A DNA stretch of 64,000 nt from Vulcanimicrobiota bacterium (lineage in GTDB: Bacteria > Vulcanimicrobiota > Vulcanimicrobiia > Vulcanimicrobiales > Vulcanimicrobiaceae), in the NCBI GenBank assembly GCA_963723515.1, contig CAVRQT010000002.1, positions 672,001-736,000 of the forward strand, written 5' to 3'. How positions within the stretch are numbered: position 1 is the stretch's first letter; the number at the start of each line of letters is the position of its first letter. Below, one piece after another: positions 27,191 through 37,757 of the stretch. Under the pieces are notes generated by a model, which ran no database searches, had not been told where the DNA came from, and saw nothing but the letters and a program-made list of their open reading frames with translations. The position numbers and the translations under genes were made by a program.

Positions 27191-27301
27191 CCTGTCACGC
27201 TGAGGCAGTCGAAGCGCGACCGTAACCTGGAATAGCAACATAATCGCAAACTATCATTGGGTAGAATTACGGCGGCCCTTCGACGGGCTCAGGGTGACAG
27301 G
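27191..27301. repeat. REP-like inverted-repeat pair with about 60 bp AT-richer spacer
   Basis: CCTGTCACGCTGAGGCAGTCGAAGCG ... CCCTTCGACGGGCTCAGGGTGACAGG. Confidence 0.8.
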
Positions 27302-27319
27302 TCCACGGTGGCTCATACC

Positions 27320-28597
27320 TTACGCTTGGTGCTCGTCCGTCGGCAACTCTAATTGTGGCGTAATCACGTCGAGCGCCGTGACCGGACGAATTGCCGTTTC
27401 GATCGCCGGCGATTCGTTGAGGTCGACATCGGAGAAGGACGCCGTTTCCTTGAGCTTGCGGCCACGCGGCAAAACGCGGCCTTCCATCGAGCCGACCGTA
27501 CTGTTATAAGCCGAAACAGCGCCTTCGAGCGCCGTTCCGATCTTTGCGAAGTGTGACGCAAAGACCCGAACCGCATCGTAGAGATCGCGCCCTAAGACCG
27601 CAATCTGCTTCGCATTCTCTTCCTGCCGTCGCTGTTGCCAGCCAAGCGCATACGAGCGGAGCAGCGCCATCAGCGTTAGTGGGCTTGCGATGTAGATGCC
27701 GCGGTTTGCACCGTATTCGATCAAGTCCGGATTCTCGATGCATGCAGCGCTCAAGAATGCTTCGCCCGGCACGAACATGACGACGAAATCCGCCGAACCT
27801 TCGCTGCGCTGGTAGTTCTTGCGGGCCAAGGCATCGACGTGCGTTTTCATCGCAATCGCGTGTTGATGCAATTTTTCGCGCCGCGTTGTTTCCTCCGCAA
27901 CTTCAACGGCTTCCAGATACGCGTTGAGGGGTGCCTTCGCATCGACGAAGATCAACGAATTTCCCGGCAGCTTGACGGTCATATCGGGGCGACCCACTCC
28001 GTCGACCGATTCAAACGTTTGCTGTTCGCTAAAGTCGCAATACGGTTCCATGCCTGCGAGCTCGACCACGCGCCGCAGCTGCACCTCGCCCCACTTGCCG
28101 CGGGTCGTCGGGTTGCGCAGCGCGGTTAAGAGAACCGACGTTTGACTCGCTAAGTTTGAGGTCGTATCTGCCAATCGATCGCCGTGCGCCGTCAACTGTT
28201 TGATCTGCTCGGTGAGGCCTTGGTACGCGCCGATGCGCTGCCGCTCGACCTCCTTGACGAAAGAGTCGAATTCGGTCAATTTTTGCTGCACCGGTCCGAC
28301 AGCGTTTTGCAAACGCTGCGCGGCGAGATCCAAGAATTCGTCGCGATTGCGCTGTGCGAGCCGGCTGTTAGCTTCAGTCAGCTCGTTCTTGAGTTGCTCC
28401 GCAACGGTTTGCACTGCCTTTTGGTGGCGTTCATCTTGGTCCGTGAGCCGAGCCTGCGCGACCGCGCATTCGCGTTCTGCAGCGCTACAGCGATCTTGCA
28501 AGCGGCGCGCATTTGATTGCAACAAGAGCCAGGCGACCAGCAGCCCGATCACGATCCCAACGATCGACGATGCGATCACCTCGGCTGAAAGCGTCAT
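27320..28597 (-). CDS. rmuC: DNA recombination protein RmuC
   Basis: N-terminal TM, coiled coil, RGKWGE..L, RPD, VDAK, DFVVMFVPGE. Confidence 0.93.
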   Translation of the reverse strand: MTLSAEVIASSIVGIVIGLLVAWLLLQSNARRLQDRCSAAERECAVAQARLTDQDERHQKAVQTVAEQLKNELTEANSRLAQRNRDEFLDLAAQRLQNAVGPVQQKLTEFDSFVKEVERQRIGAYQGLTEQIKQLTAHGDRLADTTSNLASQTSVLLTALRNPTTRGKWGEVQLRRVVELAGMEPYCDFSEQQTFESVDGVGRPDMTVKLPGNSLIFVDAKAPLNAYLEAVEVAEETTRREKLHQHAIAMKTHVDALARKNYQRSEGSADFVVMFVPGEAFLSAACIENPDLIEYGANRGIYIASPLTLMALLRSYALGWQQRRQEENAKQIAVLGRDLYDAVRVFASHFAKIGTALEGAVSAYNSTVGSMEGRVLPRGRKLKETASFSDVDLNESPAIETAIRPVTALDVITPQLELPTDEHQA

Positions 28598-28617
28598 TCA
28601 GCCGGACTTTTTTCGCC

Positions 28618-29526
28618 TTACGACTTCAAATACTTTGCAAAGAACGCTAGCGTGCGCGACCATGCGTCGGATGCTGCCGACGGTACATACGAAGCGCGTT
28701 GATCGTCGAAAAATGCGTGGCCCGCCTCCGGATAGATCTTGATGTCGTTGGGCACGCGTAAACGCTGCGCAAAAGCGCGCACGTCATTCGCTAAAATGCC
28801 GGTGTCTCGCTCGCCGTAATTTCCTTCGATCGGAATTTTTATTTGATCGACGTACGCGAGCGCCGGCTCGATCGGCCCGCTGCCATCGCCGGGACCGCCG
28901 CCGGTCACATAGCGCACCGCTCCATACCAGATGGCGGCCGCTGAGAAGAGGTCGGCGTTGTCGATCACTTGCCGAAGTGCGATTCGCCCGCCCATGCAAA
29001 AACCTGTGATACCGATTTTCGCACTGGAATGGTTTGAACGAATCCACTGCGCTGCTGCACGCACATCTCCGTCCACCTGCGCGCGATCGAGTTTTTGCGC
29101 GAAGGCGCTGAAAATTTTGTAATCGGTTGCGTTGTCACCGCTGGGCGCCCCGAAGCGGCCGAATAAGTCCGGAGCGATCGCCTCGTAGCCCGCCTTTGCG
29201 AACCGGCGTACGACGTCTCGGATGCTCGTGTCGACGCCCCAAATGTGCATGATGACGACGACCCCGGGCGTGTTCGCCGTGCCGTCCTTTGGGCTCGCGG
29301 TATAGGCGTTGATGTTGCCGTCGGGACGCGCGAGGGAGACGGTTGCCGTCCTTATGGCCGGATCGTCTTCCGCGACAAGGGGCGGATGCGGTTTCCCGAG
29401 CTGATCCTGCGCTAATGCCTTCGCCGATGTTGCAACGCCAAGCGCGGCGGCGGACAACCCGACAAAGGCCGTACGGTTCAACTGAGTCCCGGTTGCATGA
29501 ACCGGATCGACGTCGTGCATTTCCAT
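28618..29526 (-). CDS. Dienelactone hydrolase family protein with Tat-like leader
   Basis: GFCMGG nucleophile elbow, YPEAGHAF; leader LNRTAFVG..ALA. Confidence 0.9.
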   Translation of the reverse strand: MEMHDVDPVHATGTQLNRTAFVGLSAAALGVATSAKALAQDQLGKPHPPLVAEDDPAIRTATVSLARPDGNINAYTASPKDGTANTPGVVVIMHIWGVDTSIRDVVRRFAKAGYEAIAPDLFGRFGAPSGDNATDYKIFSAFAQKLDRAQVDGDVRAAAQWIRSNHSSAKIGITGFCMGGRIALRQVIDNADLFSAAAIWYGAVRYVTGGGPGDGSGPIEPALAYVDQIKIPIEGNYGERDTGILANDVRAFAQRLRVPNDIKIYPEAGHAFFDDQRASYVPSAASDAWSRTLAFFAKYLKS

Positions 29527-29603
29527 ATCGTTGCAATCCAGCATGGGTGTGGAAGTACCCTTGCAGGCAGTCCGTTCGGCGCTCGGTAAACCAATGCAAG
29601 TCC

Positions 29604-32600
29604 ATGCTCAAAGTCACGCTTCCCGAGATGGGGGAGTCGGTCGCCGAAGGTTCGATCGTCGAATGGCGCAAGCGAGTCGGCGAATACGTTCAGCAAGGCG
29701 AAACGCTTGTCGAGATCACCACCGATAAAGTTGACGTCGAAGTGCCGGCGCCTGAGTCGGGGGTCGTCACGAGCGTCGCCGCCGATGAAGGCGCCAAAGT
29801 CAGCGTCGGCGCCTTGCTCGCTGAAATTGACACCTCCAAAAGATCAGCTGCTGCGGCCAGCGACGGTGCAGCGAGCGACGGCGCGGTGGCTCCCGCGGTC
29901 GAGCCGAGCGGGCCTCCGCAACTCGTCACGGTCGCGATGCCCGAGATGGGAGAATCGGTCACGAACGGCACCGTCGTCGAGTGGCTGCGCAAGCCCGGCG
30001 ATTTCGTCAACGAAAGCGATCCGCTCGTTGAAATTACGACCGACAAAGTCGACGTTGAGGTGCCCTCGACCGCTTCCGGTGTGATCACCAAACTGCTTGT
30101 AGATGAAGGCACTAGCGTCGCAGTTGGCGCGCCGCTGGTTGAGATTGACGCCGCCAAGAAAATCGCTTCGGGCTCGCAGACGGCAGCGGTGTCGTCAACC
30201 CCAGTCCAAACCAAAGAAGCAAAACAAGACTCGCCGTCGCCGTCAGGTGAGCCGCCGCGCGACAATTTTGTCGCAACGCCGCAAGCGCGCCGAATCGCAA
30301 ACCGGTTTGGAATCGATCTGCGCAGCGTCCGCGGCAGCGGACCGGATGGTCTGATCTTGCGGGAAGACCTCGACGATGCGATTGCCGACGCTTCGCCCGC
30401 GGGCGGAAATGGCGTGAGAACCGTCGCTGCATCGGCCAGTGCGCAACTGCCGCCGCTGCATCCGGAAGCGAAAGTCACGACGCTCAAGGGTCCGCCGGCG
30501 ATGCTCGCCGACTACATGGAGCAGAGCCTTTCGGTCCCGACGGCAACGAGTTTTCGGACGATTCCGGTTGACGTGCTCGACGCGCGACGCAAAGAATTAG
30601 GCGGCGCATTGCGTGCGGCAGGACGGCCGGAAAAAGTTTCGTTCACGCATTTGATCGCGTTCGCGCTCGTTCGCGCAGCGCACGAGATGCCGGCGATCAC
30701 CGCCCATTTTCGCCGCGACGGCACGACACCGCAGCGGATTGAGCTCGGCGTTCATCTCGGGCTCGCGGTCGATGCACAACGCAAAGACGGTTCACGCTTC
30801 TTGATCGTGCCGGTCATCAAGAACGCCGACACGCTGGACTTTGGTTCGTTCCGAAAGACCTACGAAGAGCTCGTCACGAAATCGCGCGAAGGCAAACTGA
30901 CGGCCGACGATCTCAGCGGCGCTTCCTTTACCTTAACGAATCCCGGCGGAATCGGAACGGTCGCATCGGTTCCGCGCCTCATGGCCGGACAAGGCGCGAT
31001 CATTGCCGCCGGAGCGATCGGTTATCCGCCGGGAATGAGCCGCGCGAACGAATCCGCGCTGCGCTCGATGGGCGTGGAGCGTGTCATGACGATGACGAGC
31101 ACCTACGATCATCGGGTCATTCAAGGTGCGCAATCCGGTGAATTTTTGCGGCGCGTCGATGAGCTGCTGAGCGGCAAAGACGATTTTTACGAGGCCGTTT
31201 TCGCCGCGCTCGGATTGCAAGCCAAAGCGACGCCGCAACTGGAGCCGACGGCGCCGCAGGCGCCCGGCGCTGCACCCTCAGACGAAATGCTGCGCGCGGT
31301 TGCGGCCGGGCATGGCGATCATCGCTTCCTACCGCACGCACGGACATCTCGCGGCGACGCTCGATCCGCTCGGCGCGCAACCCGTCGGCGACCCGGCGCT
31401 CGATCCGCAAAACTATGGTTTGACGCCCGCGCTGCAAGCCGCGATTCCGGCATCCGTGCTGCGCGTCAAAGTGCCGGGCAATACGTTAGCCGACGTGCTG
31501 CCGCACATGAAGCAAACCTACAGCTCCACAATTGCTTACGAGATCGAACACATTTCCAATACGGCGCAGCGTGAATGGCTACGTGAGTGGATCGAGTCCG
31601 GCACCCACCGCGTCGAGCTCAGCCCCGAGCGCAAGCTCGAAGTGCTGCAACGCTTGACGCGCGTTGAAACGCTCGAGCGCTATCTGCGCCGTACGTTCCT
31701 CGGTCAGAAGACGTTCTCGATCGAAGGCCTTGACGTCATGGTGCCGATGCTTGAAGAGATGCTGGTCATGCTTGCGAAGGACGGCGTCGAGCACGCCGTT
31801 TTGGGCATGGCGCATCGCGGACGCTTGAACACGATCGCGCACGTCGTCAATGCACCATACGAAGAGATTCTGGTCGAGTTTGAAGCCGCCAATCGACGCG
31901 GCGAGATCGCCGAAGATGCGGATGTCACGGGCGACGTAAAATACCATCACGGCGCCGAGGGCCAGTACGTCTTGCCCAACGGCTCGACGATCGCCGTTCA
32001 TCTCACGCACAACCCGAGTCATCTGGAAGCGGTCGATCCGGTCGTTGAAGGCAGCACGCGCGCCCTTCAGACCGACCACTCGACGCCGATTCCAACGCTC
32101 GAATTCAAGAAGGCCGCGCCGATCCTCATTCACGGCGATGCGGCGTTCAGCGCGCAAGGCGTCGTTGCGGAAGTTTTCAACTTGCAGGCGTTGCCTGGAT
32201 ATGCAACCGGCGGCACGCTGCACGTGATTGCCAACAACCAAATCGGCTTTACGACCGATCCGAAAGATTCGCGCTCGACGCGTTACTCGAGCGACCTTGC
32301 CAAAGGCTACGACGTTCCGATCATTCACGTCAACGCGGATGACGTTGAGGCATGCATCTCAGCCGTACACTTAGCCGTCGATTTCCGCCGGCAGTTCGGG
32401 CGCGATACGATCATCGACATCATCGGGTACCGGCGTTTCGGCCACAACGAGCAGGATGAGCCGGCATACACGCAGCCGGAGATGTATGAGAAAATCAAGG
32501 GGCATCCGACGGCGCGCGAACTCTATGCGAACAAGCTCGTCGCCCAGGGACTAGCAACGAACGATCAAGTCAACGATTACATCGGGCAGGCGACGGCGCG

Positions 32601-33855
32601 ACTCAAAGAGGCGCACGAAAGCGTCAAGCATGGCAAACAGCCGAGTATGCTGGATGTCGCCAAGGCGCAAGCGCAGTCTACGCCGGTCGAGAGAAAGGTT
32701 CCGCAAGAGAAACTGCTGGCATGGAGCGATGCGCTCGTTGAGGCGCCCGAACAGATAGAAGTCAATCGCAAGCTCGTCTCGCAATTCGAACGTCGCAAAA
32801 CGGTCATTCACGACCAGGGCTTGATCGACTGGGGAATGGCGGAGGCGCTCGCATTTGCGTCGCTTATTTCCGAAGGCACGCCGGTTCGCTTGACGGGACA
32901 AGATACTGAGCGCGGAACGTTCAGCCACCGTCACTTTGTCTTACACGATGCGCGCGGTGGTGCGGAATACATTCCAATGCAGCACTTGCCAGATGCGCGT
33001 GCATCCTTTGAGGTTTTCAACAGTCCGCTTTCGGAGTACGCGTGTATCGGTTTCGAATACGGCTATAGCGGATCGCTGCCGAATGCGCTCGTGCTCTGGG
33101 AAGCGCAGTTCGGCGACTTCAACAACGGCGGCCAAGTGATCGTCGATCAATTCATCGTCGCCGGCGCCGCGAAATGGAATCAAACCTCACGCCTGACGCT
33201 GCTGTTGCCGCACGGCTATGAGGGCGCGGGCCCCGAACATTCCAGCGCGCGGCTCGAGCGCTTCTTGCAACTCTCGGCCGAAGGTAATCTGCGGGTAGCG
33301 AATTGCTCGACCTCCGCGCAGTACTACCATCTTTTGCGCGCGCAAGCGACCGATGCGCAAGCGGTTCCGCTCGTCATCATGACCCCGAAGAGTCTGCTGC
33401 GCGCTGAAGAGTCATTCGGCACTCTGCAAGAGATGGCGACCGGAAAATTCCATCCGGTCATCGACGATGCACACTTCGCCGACAAGAAGGACGCCGTCGA
33501 ACGGCTGATCTTATGCAGCGGCAAAATCTATTACGATCTGATCAACCACGAGTTGTATAAAGCGGTCCAGAAGACGGCGATCGTGCGCATTGAATTGCTG
33601 CAGCCGCTCCCGCACGGTGAATTGAACCGGCTGATCGGCACTTATCCGAATCTCAAGAAATTGATTTGGGTGCAGGAAGAGCCGAAGAACATGGGCGCGC
33701 GCGCACACGTACGGCGTCGCTTACTCGAGCGCAAGACGGACTCGATGGATATCGGTTACATCGGACGTCCATATCGCGCATCACCGTCGGAAGGCTATCC
33801 AGGCGCACATCTTGTGGAAGAAGAGCGCATCTTAAAAACAGCGCTGACGGAGTGA
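29604..33855 (+). CDS. kgd: 2-oxoglutarate dehydrogenase E2-E1 fusion with two lipoyl domains, frameshift near 31309
   Basis: Two TTDKVDVEVP lipoyl motifs, E3-binding ATPQARR..GSGPDG, YDHRVIQG, then YRTHGH, GMAHRGRLN, GDVKYH, HGDAAF, LPHGYEG. Confidence 0.88.
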
Positions 33856-33862
33856 CCGCACC

Positions 33863-34018
33863 ATGAGATCGTCGGCCCTCGGTCTCTTTATCGCGCTCGG
33901 CGCGGCGATCGGCGTTGCAATCGGTAATGCATCGCATCAGATCGCGCAAGGCCTTGTGCTCGGCGTCGCTTTCGGGGTTGCAGCTGGAGCGCTAGTAGAC
34001 CGACAGCGCCGAGATTAG
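33863..34018 (+). CDS. 51-aa two-helix glycine-rich membrane protein
   Basis: Manual translation MRSSALGLFIALGAAIGVAIGNASHQIAQGLVLGVAFGVAAGALVDRQRRD; fills the gap; below ORF cutoff. Confidence 0.65.
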   Translation: MRSSALGLFIALGAAIGVAIGNASHQIAQGLVLGVAFGVAAGALVDRQRRD

Positions 34019-34551
34019 AGCTTCATCGCGCTAAAAAGCGCCGGCAATGTCGTTGCTGAGCGCAAGATCCCGCGATTCTCTTCGGAGAGAAAACCTTCCG
34101 CGACCGCGTGATCGAACATTTGCAGCAACGCATCAAAATAACCGTCAACGTTCAATAAGCCGATCGGCTTGTCGTGAATGCCCAGTTGAAACCAAGTGAT
34201 CGCTTCGCAGAGCTCGTCGAGCGTCCCGTAGCCGCCGGGCAGCGCGATGAACGCGTCGCTCAAGTCGGACATCATCGCCTTGCGCTCGTGCATGCTCGTC
34301 ACGAGGTGCAGTTGCGTCAAGCCGCCGTGCGCGACTTCGCGGTCCGCAAGCGCGCGAGGGATAACGCCGATGATGCTGCCGTTTTGTGCAAGAACTGCAT
34401 CAGCCAAGACGCCCATGAGCCCGATCGAGCCGCCGCCGTAGACGACACCTATACCTTTGGCGACGATGGCACGCGCGAGTTCAACGGCGGTGCGCGCATA
34501 GATGTGGTTGGAGCCGGTTTGCGACCCGCAGAAGACGCAGATGTACTTCAC
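34015..34551 (-). CDS. LOG family nucleotide phosphoribohydrolase
   Basis: CVFCGS, VYGGG..GLMG, MHERK, PGGYGTLDE. Confidence 0.93.
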   Translation of the reverse strand: MKYICVFCGSQTGSNHIYARTAVELARAIVAKGIGVVYGGGSIGLMGVLADAVLAQNGSIIGVIPRALADREVAHGGLTQLHLVTSMHERKAMMSDLSDAFIALPGGYGTLDELCEAITWFQLGIHDKPIGLLNVDGYFDALLQMFDHAVAEGFLSEENRGILRSATTLPALFSAMKL

Positions 34552-34566
34552 GAACTTCGGGGGTCG

Positions 34567-35940
34567 CTACGCTAGAACGAGCTCTTCTCCCTCAATTCCC
34601 GCGTTGCGAATCGCATTGCGGATCATCTCATCCTGCAACTCCGGAATGACCCAGCGGGCTTGCACATCGGGCGCTAACTTGTCGATCGGATCGAAGTAAA
34701 CGAACGCCTGACCCGGCTTGACGCTCGGCGCGCTGTACACCGCAATGCCGTTCTCACGGTCGTAGAAGTCGTAACTGTGGACGTCGCGCTTTCCGCCGCC
34801 GCCCGGCGCATCGCACACAAACGTCGGCGTGTTGAACCCTGCGGTCGAGCCGCGCACGAACTTCTCGATGTCGATCGCGCACTGCACCGTCGTGCGCAGG
34901 TCTTCCACGCCTCTGACGAGATCGTGCATATAAACGTAGTACGGATGCACGTTGAGGTGCCCGAGCCGTTTCACGAGCAGACGCATCGTTTTGGGATCGT
35001 CGTTAACCCCGCGAATGAGAACGGATTGATTGCGCACGACGATGCCGCGCTCGAAGAGAAGGCGCATCGCTTTCTCGGTGATCCACGTGATCTCGTTCGG
35101 GCTGTTGAAATGGGTGTGCAGAACGACTTCTTTACCGGCTTTGCGTCCACGCTCGACGATTGCGGTTAGCGCATCGAGCCACTCGGGATGCGTCAGCAAC
35201 TTCATCGGCATGATCGCCGGGCCTTTGGTCGCGATCCTCATCCGCCGTACGTGCGGAATATCAAGCAGCGCGTTGCCGATCAGCTCCAAATTTTTCGGCG
35301 GCAGCTGATACGCATCGCCCCCGGAGACGACGATATCTTCAAGTTCCGGACGCTCGGAGATGTATTGAAACGCATCTTGCCACTGTGCGGGGGTTTTGGC
35401 GAGCGAGACTTTGTCGACTTTTTCGGTGTCTGGTCCGATCGCATAGCTGCGGGTGCAGAAACGGCAGTAGACCGGGCAGACAGCGAGCGGCAAGAAGAGC
35501 GCCTTGTCGACGTAACGATGGACGAGGCCCGGCACCGGTGAGTCCGCTTGTTCATGCAGTGAATCGAGCGTCAGTCTTGGATGGTCGGCGATCAGCCGGC
35601 TTGCAAGGGGAATGAATTGCGTGCGAATCGGATCTCGATAGGGATCCTTCCAATCGATCAGTGAGATTGCGTAAGGCGAAACTCGTACGGCCATCGGCGC
35701 ACGTTCAAAGCCGAGGCGCGCGTCCTCGATAAACGCGGGCGCGGCAACCTCGCCAATCGTCGTCAGTAGCTCTTGCGGCGTCTTGACCGAATGTTTCTGT
35801 TGCCACAGATGATCTAAGAACGTCTTCTCATCAACGTCGCGGTACGCCGGAATCTTGCGCCAAAATTCCCCTTGCAGCAATTGCGTGTGCTCGAGCGCCT
35901 CTGGCGGCGCCGGCGGTTTGCGGTCGATCATTTCTGTCAT
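34567..35940 (-). CDS. kamA: KamA family radical SAM aminomutase (lysine 2,3-aminomutase)
   Basis: HRYVDK, CPVYCRFCTR, SGGD, NQSVL.RGVND, DAPGGGGK (PLP lysine). Confidence 0.88.
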   Translation of the reverse strand: MTEMIDRKPPAPPEALEHTQLLQGEFWRKIPAYRDVDEKTFLDHLWQQKHSVKTPQELLTTIGEVAAPAFIEDARLGFERAPMAVRVSPYAISLIDWKDPYRDPIRTQFIPLASRLIADHPRLTLDSLHEQADSPVPGLVHRYVDKALFLPLAVCPVYCRFCTRSYAIGPDTEKVDKVSLAKTPAQWQDAFQYISERPELEDIVVSGGDAYQLPPKNLELIGNALLDIPHVRRMRIATKGPAIMPMKLLTHPEWLDALTAIVERGRKAGKEVVLHTHFNSPNEITWITEKAMRLLFERGIVVRNQSVLIRGVNDDPKTMRLLVKRLGHLNVHPYYVYMHDLVRGVEDLRTTVQCAIDIEKFVRGSTAGFNTPTFVCDAPGGGGKRDVHSYDFYDRENGIAVYSAPSVKPGQAFVYFDPIDKLAPDVQARWVIPELQDEMIRNAIRNAGIEGEELVLA

Positions 35941-37025
35941 TTGGTGTGCTCCTCAAGGGTTTCGTTCGCCGGCCCGTACCGCCGGCGGAAGTAGGCGTGA
36001 ATTGCCGGATAATCGCGCAGCATCTGGAGTGCGATGTCGGAATGGCCTTTTGCGTAGCCGTTGCCGACGATCATCGTCACGTCTTTACCGACGCCTTCGG
36101 CGCCAAGCGCCGCCGCGGTGAAAGACGTGCACATGGAAAAGAAGTAGACGGTACCATGCTCCTTCGTGCAGAGAATCGAGCTCAGCTCGGTTCCCGGAAC
36201 GTTGACGCAGTTTACGGTAAGATCGGCAAGCTGCGGTAGCGCGTCATTCATCAACGCGTGGACCCGACACGCATCGCGCGCATCGGCCTCAATGAGCCGA
36301 TCGACGAAGCGCTCGCGAACGAGCAACTGCGCACTTTCCGTTGTGACGTCAGGAACGATGCCGACCACGCGGCCTTGCGCGCCGACTTGGGCTTTCGCTT
36401 GCGCGCATGCCAACAAACCTGATTTGCCGTCCGCACCGATGATGGCGACGCTCTCTCCGGCTTGCGCCATTCGTCGCACTTGCGCCGGCGCGCCGGCGAC
36501 GTCCAATGCCGCAAGCGCAACATCGGTTGCAATGTCGCTCGGCAATTTTGCCCACAGACCGCGTTCAAAGAGGATCGCTTTACCGCGTACGCGGATGCGA
36601 GACGTTAGCGGGCTTACGCCGACGATTTCGTCGATCCATAGCGGCGTCAACGTCAGGGAGACGAGCGATGCAATGCGATCGCCCGATGCAAGATCGATTT
36701 TCGCAGCGAGACGCTCGCCGATCTCCAATACCGATCCAACGAACATTCCGCCGCTTCCCGTTATGGGATTGTGCTGCTTACCGCGTTCTTTGACGGTTTG
36801 CTCGATCGTGGCAGCGATGCGGCTCGGATCCGAGTTGCAGGCGTCGCAGATCTGCTTGAACGAGGCGGAATCGATGCACAGCGCTTCAACGTCGCAGAGG
36901 ATCTCGTTCGCGTACGCAACGGGCGTGTTATCCAGTTTCCAAGCATTTTGCGGCAATGCGCCGGCGGGTTCCAAGACGCGATGACTTCCCAGCGCATCAA
37001 GCGTTCTTTCGAGCGCCGCGGTCAT
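35937..37025 (-). CDS. kdd: L-erythro-3,5-diaminohexanoate dehydrogenase
   Basis: G.HRVLEP.GALPQ.AWKLDN, IDSASF.Q, RGKQHNPITGSGGM, YFFSM.TSFTAAALGAEG. Confidence 0.9.
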   Translation of the reverse strand: MTAALERTLDALGSHRVLEPAGALPQNAWKLDNTPVAYANEILCDVEALCIDSASFKQICDACNSDPSRIAATIEQTVKERGKQHNPITGSGGMFVGSVLEIGERLAAKIDLASGDRIASLVSLTLTPLWIDEIVGVSPLTSRIRVRGKAILFERGLWAKLPSDIATDVALAALDVAGAPAQVRRMAQAGESVAIIGADGKSGLLACAQAKAQVGAQGRVVGIVPDVTTESAQLLVRERFVDRLIEADARDACRVHALMNDALPQLADLTVNCVNVPGTELSSILCTKEHGTVYFFSMCTSFTAAALGAEGVGKDVTMIVGNGYAKGHSDIALQMLRDYPAIHAYFRRRYGPANETLEEHTK

Positions 37026-37486
37026 TGAACGGGTACTCCGAGACGTTCGAACGGCGTCGAGAGAACCATCGTCGTCTTCGTCCGCGCCATTCCGCGGACG
37101 CCTTTCAATCTCGTGAGAAGATCGTCGAGGTGCGCCGTCGAGCGGGTCATCACTTTTAAGATAAAAGACTCCTCGCCGGCGACGCTATGCACTTCGCTGA
37201 CTTCCGGGAAGCCGGAGAGCGTGCGCGTAAATGCTTCGTAATTGCAATCGGGCGCCGTGAAGCAGCTGACAAAGGCGACGAGCTCCAGACCAAGTCGCCG
37301 GCTATCCAGCAGCGCGCTATAGCGGCGCACGAATCCGCGGCCCTCGAGACGTTTGACGCGTTCATGGACTGCCGGCGCTTTCAGCCCAACGGCCGATGCA
37401 AGTTCGGCGAACGTGGAACGCGCGTTGCGCTGCAACGCGTCCAGAAGCCGCAGATCGAGCTCGTCCAATTCACCGTTGTGCATCAT
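37022..37486 (-). CDS. Lrp/AsnC family regulator
   Basis: LDELDLRLL..LQRNAR HTH, EVHSVAGE; extended -10-like TGGTATCGT upstream. Confidence 0.93.
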   Translation of the reverse strand: MMHNGELDELDLRLLDALQRNARSTFAELASAVGLKAPAVHERVKRLEGRGFVRRYSALLDSRRLGLELVAFVSCFTAPDCNYEAFTRTLSGFPEVSEVHSVAGEESFILKVMTRSTAHLDDLLTRLKGVRGMARTKTTMVLSTPFERLGVPVQ

Positions 37487-37757
37487 CGTTCGTCAGAAAG
37501 GCCTCTTGAGGGCTATTTTGTTCGGGAAATACACGATACCACAAGCAGTTCATTCGGAGCAAGAGATGAACGGCGGGAGGCCATATGCGCATGTTGGTCT
37601 GCGAGCACGCGCCTGCCGCGCTTATCGATGATGTTGATCAAGTCGGTCCCTGCCAGTTCGTTCGGCGCGACGCCGGGCCACGGCGCTGCAGGAACGGGAA
37701 TATTGGAGTTCGAGGAAGCAGCAGCAAGGTCGTGTGCTTGGAAAAGCGAGGCCTGAA

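Noticed and set aside
27320..28597. RmuC as a defence nuclease or mobile-element marker
   Set aside because: Common housekeeping-context gene with no defence or mobility genes nearby
34015..34551. LOG gene as a lysine decarboxylase completing the lysine operon
   Set aside because: That label is a known misannotation; PGGxGTxxE proteins are nucleotide phosphoribohydrolases
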